A stretch of DNA of 64,000 nt from Blepharisma stoltei ATCC 30299 (taxonomy: Eukaryota; Protista; Ciliophora): the NCBI GenBank assembly GCA_965603825.1, contig CBFDEM010000050.1, positions 1 through 64,000 on the forward strand, written 5' to 3'. The notes beneath the pieces are model-generated. The model did not search any database. It had not been told where the DNA came from and worked only from the letters and a program-made list of their open reading frames with translations. Positions within the stretch are counted from its first letter, which is position 1; the number at the start of each line of letters is the position of its first letter. Made by a program: the position numbers and the translations under genes. Below, piece after piece: positions 60,848 to 64,000 of the stretch.

Positions 60848-63800
60848 CTAATCATCAAGCTGTGTTAATAAAGCAACTCCTCGCTTAACCCAGTGGCTTT
60901 CTGGATGCACAGATGGCAATTTCACAGTCATTACATAGTTAGTAGAGTGCCCAGTTGTTGACAGCACTCCTGCCCTATTTGCTGTTTTGTAAACTGGACA
61001 GTCAAAATATTTTGTCACATTCCTTGGAGTATAATAAATTCCTTCAGATTTGCTTTTTTCTCCTGGATTCAAATGCATGACTGGCATGCTTGAAAAAAGT
61101 GCTCTCGGCAATGACTCATCTAATTGGTTTATTTCTGAATTCCATCTTGCTCCTTCAATAAAAAGCCCATGAATATAACAGCCATTTTCTGGAGTTTCTG
61201 CTTTATAATTTCCTTCCTCATCACAAGTGATATCATCTTTAATAGCAAAGGTAAATTCTAAAGAATCAATAGGCAAGGTGTATTTTCTTGAACAATTTTG
61301 AAGATTTCCTGTCAAAAATGCTTGGGTAAAGAAAAAACCTGAAATCCAGTATACACTAGGTGGGCCTTCATTGACCCATTTTTGGAAAAATGATAGCCTT
61401 TTTCCGAGGTCGCGGGACCAACTGAGTAGTGGTTTAGATGAAGGATAAGAAAATTCCATTCATGCAGTAGGGACTTGGTTTCTTAATAAGCTTGCTGCCA
61501 TGTTTTCTAGGTCTTCTGTAATGATTATTTCTCCAGCCATTGCTTTATTCAGCTCCTCTGTTGTTTTTTTGATGATTCTTAATAAATTGTTATATCTGAG
61601 AAGTTCTTGGACAAGCACAATATTCATAGAAAGTTCATAGACTATTGGGTATTTATTTTTGGCTTCTTTAATATCAAATTCTTCTGATAATAGTCCTAAA
61701 ATTTCTCCAGTCAAAGCATTTATTTCGTTTTTTTCGTTTTCACGAGAGACAACGTGGGCGCGTGGCTGAAGCATTAGGAGCCTGTGGAATAAATCATAGG
61801 TTTCTTTTCTGTCATAGGTAATTTTGGCATTTTCGTGGAGTCCGAACACCTGAGGACTTTCTTCATAAGGAAATTCTTCGACAAAATAGATATACTGTTC
61901 TATATCATTTGAGTTAGGAGGGGCATAATAAATAGGAGACTCACTAAATCTGTGGTGGTCATATAGCATGTCGTCTCTATAATAGTCACTGAGCAAGCAT
62001 TTAAGAGTCCTTCTATCCCAGTCATCTGTAACTCTACCTCCATAATTGCACTCCCCAGCTAAATAGTTTAGGGCTTTATAAGGAATTGTTGTGTAGTTGT
62101 CTATCATTAATTTCAGCTGTCTCATTGATATATTTAAATCTGAATCATTAAACTCATACTGCACATTCCACCCTAGCGCTCCAAATTTCTTTCTTTCCCT
62201 TATCAAGCAATGGAAAAATGCTAACCCAAAAAATAATTTATGCCATTCCTCTGGTTTCTTGCTGCTTTCATATAGCAGCTTGTCCTCTTTTGACATATTA
62301 ATCCTCTGATAAATGCTAATTAAATTATTTTTCAACCCTTTTGGAGGCTCATGTGTAATTTTTACTCCTTGTTGTAAAATTGTGATAGGGAATTTTTCAT
62401 TACTTTTACAGGTCAGCCACAGTCTGAAATCAGGATTTATTGTTACCATTTTTTTTTCTCTGTCGGTTATAAGCCTTTCTAATAGTCCATCTAAATCTGG
62501 CATCCATGATAATGCTAAATGACAGTTCTGCAACAGCACCCAGCTTCCTGAACTAATAGATTCCCTTATAATCCTGACTGCTTTTTCACCTTGAGCTTTA
62601 CCTAAAGACAGTGAGGTCAAATTCATGTTATTTTCTGAGGCAAATCTTTTTAGGATAGATTGAGGGTCATTCCCACTAGTTAATATAAAAATTAACGGTG
62701 TCAAAGGCTCGGATTCTGATAAGGCGTTTTCTAAGCTTAATAATGGAGGCTTTAAATAAAATTCCCCTAAATATTTTTTGATAAATGCATAGATAGCTTG
62801 TGTCACATTTTCTGGCCTGATTACTCTGTACAATAGCAATTTTTCTATATCAGAATAAGTTTCTTGGCTATAAGGATCTGGGAGGTCTTGTACAAATTCG
62901 TCAAATTCTGGAATTTTGGTGAATTCTCGGGTCGACAGAGAAAACTTTTTCCACTCTTCTATATTATTTTGAATATTTTCTTTAATTTGGGAAAATGCTG
63001 ATAAATAAGAAAGCTCACAAATCTCGTCCCAGACTTTGTCCTCAAAAGCTTCTTTAAACTGATTAATCGGGTGCTGTCTGGTTTCGTCTTCTGAGGTAAA
63101 CCCGCTAAGCCCAGTCAATAAAAATCTAAACTCATTCGAATCTAGCAGCCCATCATGCTGGAGAAGCCTAATTGCCATAAGAAAACTGAATAAAAATTTA
63201 TCCTTTTCTGACAAAGACATACAAATGCTTAAAAATAGCTCCTGTCTGAACGTCGATATCAAATTTTGTATCCTGGTCTGTATATTTTTTGAAGCCTGTG
63301 CCTTTCCAATAGACCTCACAAATAGTGAGCTAAACCATTCTAATGAGAAAAAATACATCGGGTCAATATTCACCATATCAGACACACAAAAATAAAGGAC
63401 TGAGCTTAAATCAGCGACAGGTCTATAATTGCTTTGGAATTCAAGAATTCTTTGTTCATTAGTCCTAGAGGTCTGCAGCTTTTTTTCTATTTCTTCAGCA
63501 GTGTCTTTAGAAACTGTTAATTGGTTAATCAGATTTTCGTCGTCTAAAATGGTATCTCCAGCTGATTGTAGCATTTTTAAGATCTGGTCTTCGATTTCTT
63601 GAAGTTTTTTCATAAAACTGGCATTTTGAATGACCAGGAAGTTTCGGTCTTTGGACTCTTTTGGAAGCTCTTTCATACAGACTAAGGATAAAAGCTGCTC
63701 GATGAGACCTTCTTGGGTGATGGTGAAATTTAGAATAGTGACACGGGAAGCGATTTCTGGGCCGTAATGAGGGTTTACTAGGCGAGTTGCCATGTAAAAC

Positions 63801-64000
63801 TTGAAGCGGGGGTCACACTGTTTTTGGGTATCACCGATTTTTACGAGATTTACACCGTTTTCTTCATAGAAATTTTTAGATAAAATAGGATCAAGAATTG
63901 GGTCAATTTTTTCGTCGACATTTTCTAAAATTAAAGTGGCGCCTACAAATAAGGCATTTTCCAAAGTTGTCATAAATTCTTCGAAAAATGGCTTTGTCAC
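60848..64000 (-). CDS. Axonemal dynein heavy chain, C-terminal part (AAA5, AAA6, C-terminal domain); probably single-headed inner-arm type; continues beyond the window
   Basis: NPHYGPE, SLGKAQG, WVLLQNCHLA.SW, YGGRVTDDWDRR, VPTA-W(TGA)-MEFSYPS.KPL, STTGHSTNYV, HWVKRGVALLTQLDD. Confidence 0.95.

Noticed and set aside
2920-64000. Mass pseudogenisation or selenocysteine as the explanation for in-frame TGA
   Set aside because: TGA aligns to conserved Trp rather than Cys, and frames are otherwise intact

Overview
Left end of a gene-dense, AT-rich eukaryotic chromosome that reads as a heterotrich ciliate macronuclear chromosome, most consistent with Blepharisma. Three independent signals support this: a 2.37-kb (CCCTAACA)n telomere, in-frame TGA decoded as Trp (every complete gene model ends in TAA/TAG), and nine 15-nt GT..AG introns with A at position 10. 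The supplied ORF track treats TGA as stop and ignores introns, so it fragments many genes. Re-reading by hand gives about 44 protein-coding genes. These include Aurora-like kinase, CPSF100, TCTP, NudE-like, CCDC61, ODA docking subunit, dCMP deaminase, ABHD4/5-like, Acl4-like, two RING ligases, Rib72/EFHC, a papain-family protease with a frameshift, PA200, MPDU1, IFT46, BTF3, syntaxin, a PX protein, AP-1 sigma, a P4-ATPase and a partial axonemal dynein heavy chain. There is also one tRNA-Pro(CGG). The most notable items not visible in the ORF track are a two-hairpin box H/ACA RNA candidate whose 3' pocket matches the LSU peptidyl-transferase region, a 2-TM/HAMP-like/TPR/vWA-like sensor-type protein, a minimal Kip/KRP-type CDK-inhibitor domain protein, and a PB1-PHD fusion. 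All family calls come from motif recognition by eye; no searches were run.
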